From Podarcis tiliguerta (taxonomy: Eukaryota), in assembly GCA_965153285.1 (NCBI GenBank), contig OZ229113.1: DNA of 64,000 bases; one strand, given 5' to 3'. Shown piece by piece: positions 51,191 through 64,000 of this stretch. How positions within the stretch are numbered: the stretch's first letter is position 1; each line of letters begins with the position of its first letter. A program made the translations under genes and the position numbers. The notes under the pieces were generated by a model that made no database searches, was not told the origin of the DNA, and worked only from the letters and a program-made list of their open reading frames with translations.

Positions 51191-54100
51191 CAGCTGCTGC
51201 AGCAGCAGCTAGCAGCAGCACAGGCAAAGAAGGCCAATGCCCAGCATTGAGAAGTAGCAGCCAAGTTTGACAGCCAGGATTCCTGAAACTGCTGAGTGTG
51301 AACAGTGTCTGCAGCAGCGGGGTGGAGAGTTGAAAGACAGAAGCTGGGAAATCGGCTTGCGGATTTGCAACGGTTGGAGAACAATAGGAGACGCAGTAAC
51401 AGTCACTAAGAAACTTCAAGCAGCTTAGAAAGTGGGCAAGGCAAGAAAAGACAGGTAATATTTTTGCAACTGGGCTTCACAGGTCATCATGAAGGTTAAA
51501 AGCTAATGATGCATTTGATTTATTGCTTGCATTTATATCCCCCTTTTCCTTCAAGGAGTCCCAGGGCCAGCTGTACCATTAGGCGGAGTGAGGCAGCAAA
51601 CAGTCCCTTCTATTACTCATGTACAGTAAAAGTAGCCAGAGGAACATGTTCTGTTTTTGGAACAGCGTTTAACCACGGGCGGCATGATGAGTTAGAGAGT
51701 CTGCTCTGGCTGGAGTTCTTGAGCACTTGGCACTTCTGTAAAGGTTTTGTGAACCAATGCCTAGTAGAACAAATTTAATTCAAATTTTCCAGGGCTAATC
51801 TATTACCCAACATAAGCCCTTTATGTGCTCCCACTGGATGTTGCAGCAATTGCTGGTTTGTAGAAGAGAGATTTCCTTTGTTAAGGGGATTTTCTGCCCT
51901 AGCCATTATGAGAAACTAAGAACAGAACAACACATCAGACCATTTGGTTTAGCAAAAACACAAATGCTTAGCAAAACCACTCATAATGATTGACTTGTCC
52001 CAGTAGCAGTCTAAATTAAGTTGCTTTGCATCAAACTTTTTATTGCCCAAGAAAAATTGTATTAAAGAATTTGTATGGTATATTTTGCTTTCCAATAATC
52101 TTTGAATTAGTGCTATGAAGCTGACTTTTATGGATTACTTCCTTAGGCAAATACATTCTCTGCTTGAATAGCTCAATGAAACAGAAAGACTTCATTTTAA
52201 AGAGTTATAATAGGGGCCTCCAAACCAGACTTGTGGTACTGGTTAAAGAGGTGGGGAAGATAAAGATAGATTTGTCTCCATGTATTTCCTGTTTCAGTGG
52301 TCTCTAACCTACAATCATGTGATCAGAGGCAATATTAGGCTTGTTTACATCACACGTTACACTGAATATGTGTCCACACTGCCTCTACTCAAGTACAAAT
52401 GTTCATGTGAAATGTTCTGTGCACCTCAACTATTGTATACACAGGAATACAGCCAGGAGCAGCCATTGGGGAGAGTCACCACTGCACACCTGGCCTCCTG
52501 GCTGTTGCATTCACTACGATGGAGTGGAGAGGAAGTGGAGCCTAAGCAATGTTCCTACTGGTGCACCCACCAAGTGTTGACCGCCTCACACCTTGTCCCT
52601 CTCCATCCCAGGAAGCAGTGATGCCTCTTCTGGCATCCCAGCTGTGTTTCCCATCACTGTCCACTCCAAACAGAGTGTACACTCATTGGGTGTTATGTGC
52701 ATGCAGCTCAACTATTTGTGTACACAGATTGTATATTCACTGAATGCAACATGTGAATATTAGCAGCACAGTGTGTCCTTCAACTAAATATTAGTTGAAG
52801 AAAAGCAGCTAGTGCTAATTAAATAGGCCATAGCAACTTGGAAGCTACTTTATAGCAGGTCTGTTGCCCGTCCAAGCCAGCATTGTCCGCTTTGACTGAC
52901 AGTGAGTCTCCAGGGTCTCCTGAAGAAAGAGGACCTTTGCATCACTCACTACCAGAGCATTTAAACTGGCGATGCAATGAATTAAAACTGGAGCCTTCAA
53001 TGCATAAAGCAGATGCTCCACCACTGAGCTATGGGTTCATCTCCATAATGAAGAAAAGACCAGTGCAGAAATATTGATCATTTCTCTGCCTCTGTGCTAT
53101 TGAAATGATCTCCCTATATAAAATCCCTTGCTTGTTCAAACTGCAGCTCATTTCTTAAGTCAATATTTTAAAAGGGCGGGGGGAATGTTGTGCTTACTCA
53201 TTATATCACGGCGGGGCATATATTTTATTTGCTTATGTGCGAAGTTCAAATTTCAACTATTGCAATTTAATTACAATGTATTGTTTGCAGTCAGTGGACC
53301 ATAAATAAATTATATTCGGATTACAATCTATCAAAACAGTGGATGAGTTTTGAATTTAAGCAGCAGTTTGCCATGGAGAATGGAGAGAGATGCCTGAAAC
53401 TTTTTTTTTTAAGGCCCCAGTGCTTGTAAAATATTTGTTGTGGACAATTCTTTGGTGTGGAATTCTTTTTATTTCCCCCCATTTATAAGGGTTTGGAGTA
53501 GTACTCATGTCCGTTGATCAGCAGGAAAAATGTGCAAACACAAAGGCTGTGTACACACTCCCATTTACTCCGCATCCAATGCACTCCCAACACTGGTTTG
53601 GGATGTTGTGTACACACAATGTTAGCCACAATCCACATCTATCATACAGGGGTGGTCTGGCCTTTTTTGCCACCAGTAACGTGTACACACAGCCAATGTT
53701 TCTCTGCTCCTGCCTTCATCTATCATTGACATTTATGGACTTGCAAACATTTTGCAACAATGGCGGAAAGGAGAATTGCACAAAAAAAAAATACACAGAA
53801 GAAAGGGCTTTTCTGGGTTGATATCAAGACCTGTAACTTTTCCAAATTCCTGTAATCATGCTGAAGAACTGGTTTGCTTTGAACAGGGACTCAACTTCTA
53901 GCATTCCTGCACATACACCGCAAACCTCAGTTGGTGTACATAAAGTATTGGGTGTACACTGTACACCAAAGCAGAACACACACAACGAACTTTCAAATGT
54001 GTTTGCTGCATCTGCAAGATGGACACACACACACACACACAATCTGCTGGCAAATTAATTACTGGCAAATTAATAGTGTGATAGGAGATGAAGCCCAGAG

Positions 54101-55289
54101 TAAGAATTGCCTAGAGTAATAAAAGCATTTCAAATGATTTCACTTATCTTCTGGGTCTGACCCTGTAGCCTGAAATTTAACTATTTGAACTTGCAAATTA
54201 ATGTATTATCTAAGTGAGATGAAATCTGACAAAAATATTGTAAGTAATAATTTAACCTTATCATATACATGCATTTCAGTCATGGATATTTGGATAAATG
54301 AAGTCCTTTCAGTATTTTTTTAAAAAGAAAACCCTAACTTCATAACTTTACACTAACTAAACGATCAATAAATTGCTATTTTATTCTTTCTGTATTGGTC
54401 AAACACACAAATGCCAGTGTCTTTGGTCACTGAGTAGGGAGGAAAGTGAAATTGTTGATCAAAACCACATGATGCAAAGGGAGTAAAACAAAATCAGGAG
54501 TATGATTTTTTTTGTAAAAGAAAAGAATTCTGATACTCCGCCTATCTATTTATAGACTCATGCAAAACACTTGCTCCAGAGTATCATCCAACTCTTCTAC
54601 TTTCCATATATACCAACCTTTTTTCAGTCTTGAAACCCAGATATCAAAAGTTTTTGGCCCAAAAAGTCTGCAAGGGGTTTCCAATCATTAATAAATGTCA
54701 ACAATGATTTTTCTCTAATTATTATTATTAATTATTTCATTTCTATACTGCTTTATATTTTTAAGAAAAATATCAAAGTGGTTAACAGCATATTAAAACA
54801 TCAGTAAACAATCCAGAATCAAACATTTCAGAAGAATGTCAAATATATACAGCCAAAGCAACATAACTAACAGAAAACTAAAATATTATCTTAAAGATTT
54901 CAAAATAAAACATTACAAATGAGGTTAACTACAAAATACATATTTAACACAAAGTTAACAAAAAAAATCTTAAACTTTTTTTAAAAAATTGCTAAGTCAA
55001 ATATAAAATGCACATTTAAAGCACTGTAATTAACAAGAGAATAAAATATTATCATAAGCATGACACAGCTGTTTGGCAGGCACAAAAAGATGGAGCAAAA
55101 CAATCCAATCGTTAGGGTTTGTTGTGAGGCACAGCAATGTCTCTCTGGTCTCACCAGGTGCCTTTTTAGTAGGGCTGGGTGAGCCTGGGTTCCACCCCCA
55201 AGCCAGGTGGAAAAAGGCCTTGCAGGGAGCGGCCTTCACGACTCACAGCCAGGCGAATTAAACACATCAACTTCACCATCTCAGCCAAA

Positions 55290-55830
55290 TCCAGTAATTT
55301 CAATAACCGTTATTCCATAGTAGGTGATAGTAAGTCCTTCCACCTTTGTGCATATAACAATCTCGCTACTGTGAACATATATTGAAATAATCTTCCATAA
55401 TCTTTTTCTACTTTTGAATCTATTAGTCCCAGCAGGAAGAGTTCTGGCCAGCTGAGTACCAACTTTCAATGTGCATTTGCATCCAATATTTTGCAGGTTT
55501 TTTGCACATCCAGAAAGCATGGATGTCCATTCATGTTCCTTACACTTCCAACAGACATTTGGAATATTTTTTATACAATCTGAGTAACTTCTCAGGAAAT
55601 AGTTGCCAATGGTACATTGTTTTGTAAAAATCCCTTTTCAATCATAACACAGTGGGTATTTTGGCCCTTTGGTCCACATGTGTTCCCGTTGTTCTATCTG
55701 TATATCATAACAATATATTTTGCCCCTTGAAGCATGCATTCTTTTTCCTCTTCCATTTCAAATTTCAACAAGAGTTTATACATGCTCATCATCACTACCC
55801 AATTGCATCTCAAAATCCACCTTACTTTGT
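55290..55830 (-). mobile_element. decayed L1 ORF2 fragment (C-terminal cysteine-rich region)
   Basis: Minus strand gives ...FYKTMYHW...PNVCWKCKEHE...H-like segments across frameshifts and stops. Confidence 0.6.
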
Positions 55831-56112
55831 TCCATACCCCAAGAATTCTTATCTAACTTAAATCTCTCTACTAGTTGTAAATTAAAAAAAAAAAAACACT
55901 GAAAGTTGTGGTGCTCTGTTGTTATTCATGGTTCCCTTGTTTTAATTTTATCATCTCCTTGATGATAAAATTTGCCTGTCACCTCTTTTCTGAAGAAAGC
56001 TTCTTGCGGTGAAATCCATCGTGGTATCTTTGTGCATAATCTAGGTTTATATGTATTCCAGATTCTTAGGATGGCACATCTAATGAAATGATTCTTAAAT
56101 TCCACATTTAAA

Positions 56113-56195
56113 TTGGGCAAAAAGATTCCTGCATTGCAGAGGGTTGGACTAGATGACCCTAGGGGTCCCTTCCAACTCTACAATTCTATGATTCT
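56113..56195 (+). mobile_element. 5'-truncated CR1-tailed SINE (tRNA-Lys type)
   Basis: TTGGGCAAAAAGATTCCTGCATTGCAGAGGGTTGGACTAGATGACCC...TTCTATGATTCTA. Confidence 0.8.
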
Positions 56196-56474
56196 ACAGC
56201 TTAAATAGTGATTTGGATTCCTTAAGAACTGTGTGCCGTTCTGGATTGTGCCTCCAGTGTAGCACAGAAGTGGATGCATCAATGGTAATGTCATTGCAAG
56301 GAAGCCAGAGAGCTGACATGTTGCTAGAGCTGTGATGTGCCAGAGGAATAAGAGCAGAAATGTGGGGTCAAAGGAGACTGTTTTTAAAAGTTACATCAAC
56401 AGCATTTACTGAAGCATAGTGTGTAATAAAACTACCATGTATTAAGGATATAATGTACAAATTACTCTTCATAG

Positions 56475-56828
56475 AAGGGACGCGGGGGGCGCTGTGGGTT
56501 AAACCACAGAGCCTAGGACTTGCCGATCAGAAGGTTGGCGGTTCGAATCCCCGTGACGGGGTGAGCTCCCGTTGCTCAGTCCCAGCTCCTGCCAACCTAG
56601 CAGTTCGAAAGCACATCAAAGTGCAAGTAGATAAATAGGTACCACTCCAGCGGGAAGGTAAACGGTGTTTCTGTGTGCTGCTCTGGTTCACCAGAAGCAG
56701 CTTAGTCATGCTGGCCACATGACCCGGAAGCTGTATGCTGGCTCCCTCGGCCAGTAAAGTGAGATGAGCATCGCAACCCCAGAGTCGTCTGTGACTGGAC
56801 CTAATGGTCAGGGTCCCTTTACCTTTAA
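56475..56828 (+). mobile_element. Sauria SINE, full length
   Basis: Head, core and ACCTTT tail present; 9-bp TSD TCTTCATAG. Confidence 0.95.
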
Positions 56829-56914
56829 TCTTCATAGTTCCAAAGGATTCACACTGATGGCAGGAAAGCCATGCAAGACCCAGGCTAACTACAGCTTTCT
56901 ACAGAAGACTATAG

Positions 56915-57076
56915 GCATGATCATAGAATCATAGAATCATAGAACTGTAGAGTTGGAAGGGACCCTGAGGATCATCTAGTCCAACCCCCTGCAATGCAGG
57001 AATATGCAGCTGGTCCACACAGGGATCGAACCTGCAACCTTGGTGTTATCAGCACCATGGTCTAACCAACTGAGCT
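56915..57076 (-). mobile_element. tRNA-Ile-headed SINE with CR1-like (ATTCTATG)n tail
   Basis: Nearly identical to 40109-40268; 8-bp TSD GACTATAG. Confidence 0.9.
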
Positions 57077-58333
57077 GACTATAGCTAATTTCTCTGACCT
57101 TCACGAAATTAGCTAATCCCTTTTCTCTTAGGCCAGAGATGAGGAAAGCGCAGCCCCCCCCCCCAGTTGTTATTGGTCAACAACTTCCATCATGTCTGAC
57201 AATTGGCCATGCTGGCTGGGGCTGATGGGAGTTCCTCATTTCTGTTTTAGGCTTATCATATACTTGAAAGTAGATATTTGTAGTTAACTCTTAGCTCTTT
57301 TCAGTTGGTTTGTCATTCTTCTGTGTACTTATGTGCATTAGCCCAGAGGCCTTTCAGCATATTTCAGAAATCTGAATAATAAAAAATACAACGTGATGGA
57401 GTCAAATTTGGTGCAAGAAGTTACTCACATTCTAGTATACCAATGTGATTGTATCAAATCAAGATAGGCACAAGCCAGGCTACCGTATCAAAGTAAATGA
57501 AACTTGGCACGGCCTGTATTAAAAGCAGCAAGCTCCAACTTAAAAAGACTTATGGGCAGCCTGCTGTAACTTTATACAGTAATTGAAGCAATGACAGCTT
57601 GCTGCAGCTGTCACTTGAGATTTTTCAGCAGCAATCTGAAGAATCTAAGAGGATTTCCTTCATACTAATATACATAGGATTGGGCTGTTAGGCGGTCATT
57701 CCCCACCTCCTAAAAATCTGGCAATTTATCCCATAAAACCATGGCTGAGCCTTTCATTCCCATTTCCCCTTTATATCAGACATGTTAAATGGGAACATAA
57801 GCAATGCAGAGAAAACGTAATTGAACTTCATCAGTATGTAGTGCATTAACAAGTAAATACTGCTGAAAGTACTGCCAGGTTGGAAAGAGGCAGGCAATAG
57901 AAAGCTTACTGCAGAAAAACAAGAAGTTGGCCATCCAAAATTGAAAATGTTATTCTACTTTCCCATCCAAACATTCTGAATTTATTGACATATTTATGGC
58001 ACTTGCTATTTCATTGGATTATCTTAAATTTTTACCTTTCCTAAAATCATACAGTGTGATATCCCACTGTAGTGTCCTGCTTGGGCCACGGACTTCCATT
58101 CATGCAAATGAGATTTCCCCTTCTACCACCAGAGTCTCCCAACCCTCTGCTCTGAAGGGTTGTGGGAGACAAACAAGAATAAATCCATTTTCCATACATA
58201 GTGTAAATACATGCAGTTGAACAGCACCTATGTTGGAAGCAGCACTTGTGCTGGGTTGCCTCAAGATCCATTATTCCTTCTCAGTGGAGAACATTTCATC
58301 ACGGGACAGCATGAGCATATATCACTCAAACTC

Positions 58334-58588
58334 AAGAAGAAGAAGAAGGAGAGTTTGGATTTGATGTTGCGCTTTATCACTACCCTAAGGAGTCTCAAAG
58401 CGGCTAACAATCTCCTTTCCCTTCCTCCCCCACAACAAACACTCTGTGAAGTGAGTGGGGCTGAGAGACTTCAGAGAAGTGTGACTGGCCCAAGGTCACC
58501 CAGCAGCTGCATGTGGAGGAGCGGAGATGCGAACCCGGTTCACCAGATTACGAGTCTACCGCTCTTAACCACTACACCACACTGGCTC
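58334..58588 (-). mobile_element. Squam3-like tRNA SINE
   Basis: Reverse complement GAGCCAGTGTGGTGTAGTGGTTAAGAGCGGTAGACTCGTAATCTGG..AACCGGGTTCG head and (CTT)n tail. Confidence 0.85.
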
Positions 58589-60439
58589 CAAAGGACCATT
58601 GTCCTACAACTCAAGAACCTTGCAGATGGCCACTCTCCCCTGCTTTAGTTCGGACTGGATTCTGTTCACAAAGCACTGCTGTAATTCCTTATTACATTAG
58701 TGTCAAATGGTAAGCTGACCTCAGCAGCGCAAGACTAGTTACATAAGTAGGCAAGAAGAAGGGGCTGCCCAGAGCTTGCTAGCTTTGCTTTCTCCTTTGC
58801 TCGTGGGCTTCTTTTCTTCAGGAGTAGCATCCCAATCTGTGAAAGGATTAATTTGTTAACACAGCCTTGTCAAGAGGCACTGTCCCTCCAGGGATGCCAA
58901 ACAGCAATCACTCTGAAGTGCCAGAGTTTTATTGCAACGTGTTAAGATAAATGATAGATAATCCTCATGATAGGAAACAGAGCACAGGCGCAGGGCTGTC
59001 AGAAGGAAGACACACACACCCTTCAGAAGTACCTTAGGAATAATTAAAGAGTGCTCAGAGACACCATCAGAAGAGCACATCTGTCAAGATCTTCATGCAC
59101 TCAGGGACTTTATAACTGCTTGTTTAGTCATGCAAGCAAAACAGCTCCAGCTTATACAAGACACACTTAAAAGTTATGTCTGTACTGACGCCCCTCTCAC
59201 AATCCTTACCTTTCCATTTGTTCCTTGTCTCCCCGTTTCAAAGCTTTGCATGCTTAGAAATTCATATGCATTTCCTTCTACTGCGATTATGGACTCAGGG
59301 TTTTATGTGTGCAGTGGTACCCACAAATCCAAACATTTTGATGCATTTGAACAACAACAAAAAAAGGGTGTGCTGGGAAGAAATCCCTGAACAGGGCCAA
59401 GAAACACTGGAATAGACACAAATTGTGAATGGTCAGAAGTTATGGACTGCCATATTTCCCCAGTTACATCTGATACAAATACTAAGATTATTAAGTCTCT
59501 TCACCAAAGGATGCTGTTTCACTGTTCTTGCCTTTCACGGGGCAAGAAGCTCAATCTACTCTACAAACCAATTCACCTAGAAGTTCTGGTGCACATGAGG
59601 GTGCTTTTTAAAAAAACTTGTCTGCAGGACTGCTGCATCTGCTCTTCTCTGTTAAAAGATAAATTTAACTGTGTTTTTGTTCAGCAGAAAGGCAAACATC
59701 TGTCTCTTTGGGTGCCAACAAACTTGGGGTTGGGGTGTAGGAAGTGAAGGATGGTGAAATATATCTTAAGCATATTAATTTGCACTCAAAGCCATCATCA
59801 CATCAAGCATGAATTTCATATTGCTATAAGGTACTTCACATGCTATGGTAGAAGCAGGATGCCATTAAAACTTTAGTGTGTATATTTGTTTCTACCTCCT
59901 AATGTGATCTGGCACCATGCCTTTATATATCACATCCCCTGCCTTGGGATTCATTGCAGCTCCCAGTGGTACACTATGTAAACACAGCAGGAGAGGAAGA
60001 TTACGTGTAGTTACTTCACAAGCTGGCATCTTGGAGTGGCAGTCATCTACCATTACTGCTAAGCAGAAAGAGTCTGTCTTAGATAGGTGGCAGAGCTAAA
60101 GGTACCCTCATCCATAACTGTTCTACATGGGGGTTTTTTGTAGGAGAAAGTAATTGAAGTTGCCCTGGGATGAAAGGAGGTGAACTCTGTTGCCAGCAGT
60201 TATCACTTGATGCTGCCTTGCAAACTGTAGAGCAAGAACCTTCTCAATGCTGGCTTTCTCCCTAGATTAAGATCACATTAAAAAAGAAAGTAGAACATTG
60301 CATGGCAAAAGCTTTCCTGTTTGCAGAGGCGAAAATGGTTGACATACTCTCTTATGATTGGTGCCACAAGACTCATTTCTGCATTCTGCTGTAAGAGGAA
60401 TGAGCTGCAATCTTAACAATCTACTAAGATGTAAGCCCC

Positions 60440-60757
60440 ACTGACATTGAGAACGCAACACAAGAATGGGCCTTTTCTGTGGTGGCTCCGTTTGTGTGAT
60501 GCTCTTCCCAGGGAGACTCGCCTGGCACTTTCATTACATATATTTAGGCACTGGGCAAAAATGTTCCTCTTCAACCAGCCCTTTGGGTGATTGAACATTC
60601 TGGTCTTCCAAATGTGTTTGAGGGAGGGGAGGGAGTTATAGGTTGGTGTTTGTTCTTTTTATTGTGTATTTTGTGTTCTCCTTTTGTATTTTTATGATGT
60701 GAACTGCCCTGTGATCTTCTGATGAAGGGTGGTAGGCAAATTTAATAAATAATAATA
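60440..60757 (+). mobile_element. L2 LINE 3' fragment
   Basis: GGCCTTTTCTGTGGTGGCTCC...TGTGAACTGCCCTGTGATCTT...AATAAATAATAAT; similar 3' ends at about 9140-9270 and 1-90. Confidence 0.65.
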
Positions 60758-62340
60758 GCCATGCATATAAAAATTCTGCTTGCCCCCCCCCCAAAAAAAA
60801 TCAGTCTACTTTGCCAACTTAGAAGAAATACTAGACCTGAAGCCAAATTTTAGGCCAACCTTTAAATCCAGTTCCAAGACACAGCAAAAAGATTGCTTCT
60901 AGCCTCATGACCTTCCAAGACGTCCAAGTAAGTACAGAGGCAAATCCCTTCTACTGTTTGCTCCCCTTCCTTTCCCGCCATACATGTGGATCAATTTATT
61001 TTTGCTCTTGTTCTCTCAGTGCATAAAGAATTTGTACTCGAACGTTAAATGTCAAAATCCTTCTTGGGGAAAGGGGGCTTTGACTGTGAACTACAATTAA
61101 AAAAGCACTACAATAGCGCACATGGATTTAACCCAAGCACAAAAGAAAGCCACATGGATGCAAGAGCACAATGTCTTATATTCTAAAAAACCCCCAAAGC
61201 ACTCAGTAAATAACTATCTCTCCGCACCGCACCCCGCCTCCTCCTTCAGTTCTGCCGCTAACAGAATGGAGGGAGGGGCCAGATGGGTGGCTTGGCTGAC
61301 ATTCTCATCAAGAAAGCTGTGGCAGAAGGCTCTGGAGCTAAAAGCTGCTTTAAGTGGGCGGATTGCTGCACCCACATTAAGAGACAGGGATCGGGAGAGG
61401 GCCCTGTGATTGCATAAAGCTATTTAAAATTATGTATTATCTGTTCTGTGGACAACCCCCCCCCCCAAACACAGAAATACACCCCTGCCTGCAACAAGGA
61501 AATAAGAGTTAAAAATAAGCTCAGGAAGTGGCGCTCTGTGGATTCATCAGATCGTTTCTTAAACCATAGCTTTACAGTGCAGTCCTGTCCATGTTTGCTT
61601 GGAAGACTACGTTCAGCGGGGTTCATTTGAAAGCGGACACTTACAGAGCCCATGTTTCTTGTGGCATACATGGAATGGGCAGCCCTTTCCACAGGTAAAA
61701 AGGGTGCATATACACCCCATCAGCCCCAAATCTGCTCTGGAGTGTTGGAGAAAACCCAGAACAGATTGAGGGTGAATGCAAGGGAAAGAGACAGGGGTGA
61801 TTGTGTCATGGTGCAACAAAAATATGTGCTCAGTGCTACATTGAATACAGCTCATCTTCTGGTGGGATCCCGCCTTTCTCAGGCATAGAGGGTAGGCTGG
61901 GAGTCCTATCAGAGTCAAGCCCCTGCTAAGTTGATAAAATACAAGAAAGGTAAAATGTTGGCCTGAGTGTCTTCACTAGCCTGGGGATCACTAAGCTCAG
62001 GGACAACCCAATCATTGGGCAGATGATGGAGGTAGGAAAGGAGTGAAGTGTTTGACCACAGATCTAAGTGTGCCACATAACTGAGGGAGTACAGGCCAGG
62101 CAACTGATTTAAAATAGAACAAGCCACAGTTGACTGGATAGTTCACTCCTCCTGCTCTGTTGGGCCAAGTCAATTGAGATATTAGCATTGCTCTCAGTTC
62201 CAAAAGGCCTGGAGGAAGATTTTCAGTGTTGGCAGCAGCCACACCTTAAGGAAAGGAATGTGTTTCTCTTCCAGGGCACCACCACAGAGAAGGCCCTATC
62301 CTAAGCCTAAGCACCCTGGATTTCATTCAGCAAAAGTATT

Positions 62341-62342
<2 letters not shown>

Positions 62343-62397
<55 letters not shown>

Positions 62398-62412
62398 GTG
62401 TGTGTGTCTGTG
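62343..62412. repeat. (TCTG)n/(TC)n/(TG)n compound microsatellite
   Basis: Visible run. Confidence 0.95.
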
Positions 62413-63427
62413 TCTGATATACCACCCTTCACTGATAAAGTATTAAGGCAGTGTACACCAAAAGAAACATAAAGGCAGGACAATAAATTACAGGTCAAAT
62501 ATAATAGTAAAAATGATCCGATAACCCTAGGATACAATAGAAGGCAGAATTGTCACTTCCATACAAATCCAAATGGACAATCAATATGCCACACTAAACA
62601 GATTTATCCATCCATTCCTACACACGGGTTAAATTTACAAGTAGATACAGTTACACAGTACTAAAAAAGAGGACATGAATTTGCTTCAAGGCTTTCACTT
62701 CTTAAGGTTATTTATCTTTCAAACCAGACTTTGAAACAGCCCTTCAAATGTATGACACCTTCATACAGAGTTCCTGATTGTGCACCTGGTCTATGCAATT
62801 CTTTTCCCAACTCACTGTGTGTGGCTTGGGAGGGGGAAGGCCTCCAGTATAAACTGGGCCAATATGTGTGGTAAGAGGGGACAAACTACTCCACCAGTTT
62901 TGTTCCTGTCTGAATGCATGAGCCAGGGAGGCAACTCTCTCTTTCTCCCCACCCCCCAGCCCTAGTGTTACCACTTTAATTTTCATGGAAACTTGACACC
63001 TTATCTTGACCTTGGGAAAGAAAGGCAACTCTAGCCAGCTCTTCCTTCCCATGGAGATACAAACAAATGCTAATTAAAACAAAGCATGAATAGATGCCTT
63101 TCATCAGAGATGCCAATATAGTTAAAGAAAATGATTTAATACTTAATTAGCTGCAGAGCTCCTTGTACTTGCACAGTGGCAGGCGAAGGCTTAGAAGAAA
63201 GAAAAAGGCAGCGGACGAGTAGCTTCTCCAGGAATGCGGCCAGATTGGGAACCTCATTTGCTACAATGGTGGAACCAGCAGCTGTTTTCTGAAATAATTC
63301 CTACAAAGCCTTGGTTGCAGCATCTGCAGCAGCACTGCTTCTCATTGATATGACGATTGGCTCTGTTTTAAAAATAACTCAAAGTATGGCTGGCCCACCC
63401 ATTGGAGGTTTTTAGGCAGAGGTTGGT

Positions 63428-63528
63428 GGATTCGAACCCCACGTTGGTAAAAAGATTTCTGCATTGCAGGGGGTTGGGCTAGGTGACCCATGTGGTCCCT
63501 TCCAACTAAACAATTCTATGATTCTATG
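63428..63528 (+). mobile_element. 5'-truncated tRNA-Lys-type CR1-tailed SINE
   Basis: TTCGAACCCCACGTTGG B-box end followed by GATTTCTGCATTGCAGGGGGTTGG...TTCTATGATTCTATG. Confidence 0.8.
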
Positions 63529-64000
63529 TCTACACTCCCTTAGAATTGTGCATAGAATTTCTGCCGTCATCAGGAACAAGCTTGTTTGACCATTTTCATC
63601 TTTTTCCAAATGTATCTTACGATTTTCTAACAAGTGCAAAAAAATAAAAAGTGTCTTGTCTATTTTGATTTCAGGATTTCCACAATTAGCACCCCCCATG
63701 AAGTTTATGCATGGCAAATTCCTTTTGTTTTTAACCTTTGTTGCCTGTACTTCCTCAGCAGGGAGAGTCAGGCTACTTAGCTGGGACACCGCATATATAT
63801 TTCTGCCAGGCAATTAACAGTTGCACAGCTGCAAGAGGTTTAGCACCAGACAGCTGCAGGAAAAGAAACCACATGCCTCATACTTTCTTGCAGTATTTTG
63901 AAAACTCGTAAGAGCATCATAACAAAACAGAAAATTATATATATATATAGCATTTCCAGATGCACTTGCTTCAAAAGGCAGCTTCTGATTACAGCCTTTT

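Noticed and set aside
63137-63301. Minus-strand open stretch ELFQKTAAGSTIVANEVPNLAAFLEKLLVRCLF... as a last exon of a syntenic neighbour (SOHLH2 or CCDC169)
   Set aside because: Weak acceptor and no similarity I can recognise to those proteins; BLASTX would be needed.
1-64000. CRISPR arrays, operons or other prokaryotic systems
   Set aside because: The sequence is vertebrate intron and intergenic DNA; the repeats are SINEs, LINEs, MITEs and microsatellites with no repeat-spacer periodicity.

Overview
Vertebrate genomic DNA from a squamate reptile. The repeat content (Sauria SINE, CR1-tailed tRNA-Lys/Ile SINEs, BovB with (CAA)n tails, CAGTGGTACC MITEs) suggests a lacertid lizard. The window holds the 5' part of DCLK1 (doublecortin-like kinase 1) on the minus strand: a CpG-island promoter and non-coding exon 1 (donor at 42771), coding exon 2 (35448-35073, 376 nt, first DCX domain) and coding exon 3 (24667-24321, 347 nt, linker plus most of the second DCX domain). 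Positions 1-24320 are the start of intron 3, and about 43.3-64 kb is upstream intergenic DNA with no recognisable gene. Nearly all other ORFs in the track are transposon fragments (BovB, L2, Rex1, L1, CR1) or chance ORFs. I found no clearly new biological system. The most notable observations are an L2 insertion 6 nt from the exon-2 splice donor that supplies a stop codon and four AATAAA signals, a BovB copy flanked by a 193-bp duplication, a sense-oriented solo LTR with TATA box and splice donor in intron 3, and a bipartite REST/RE1-like site about 8 kb upstream.
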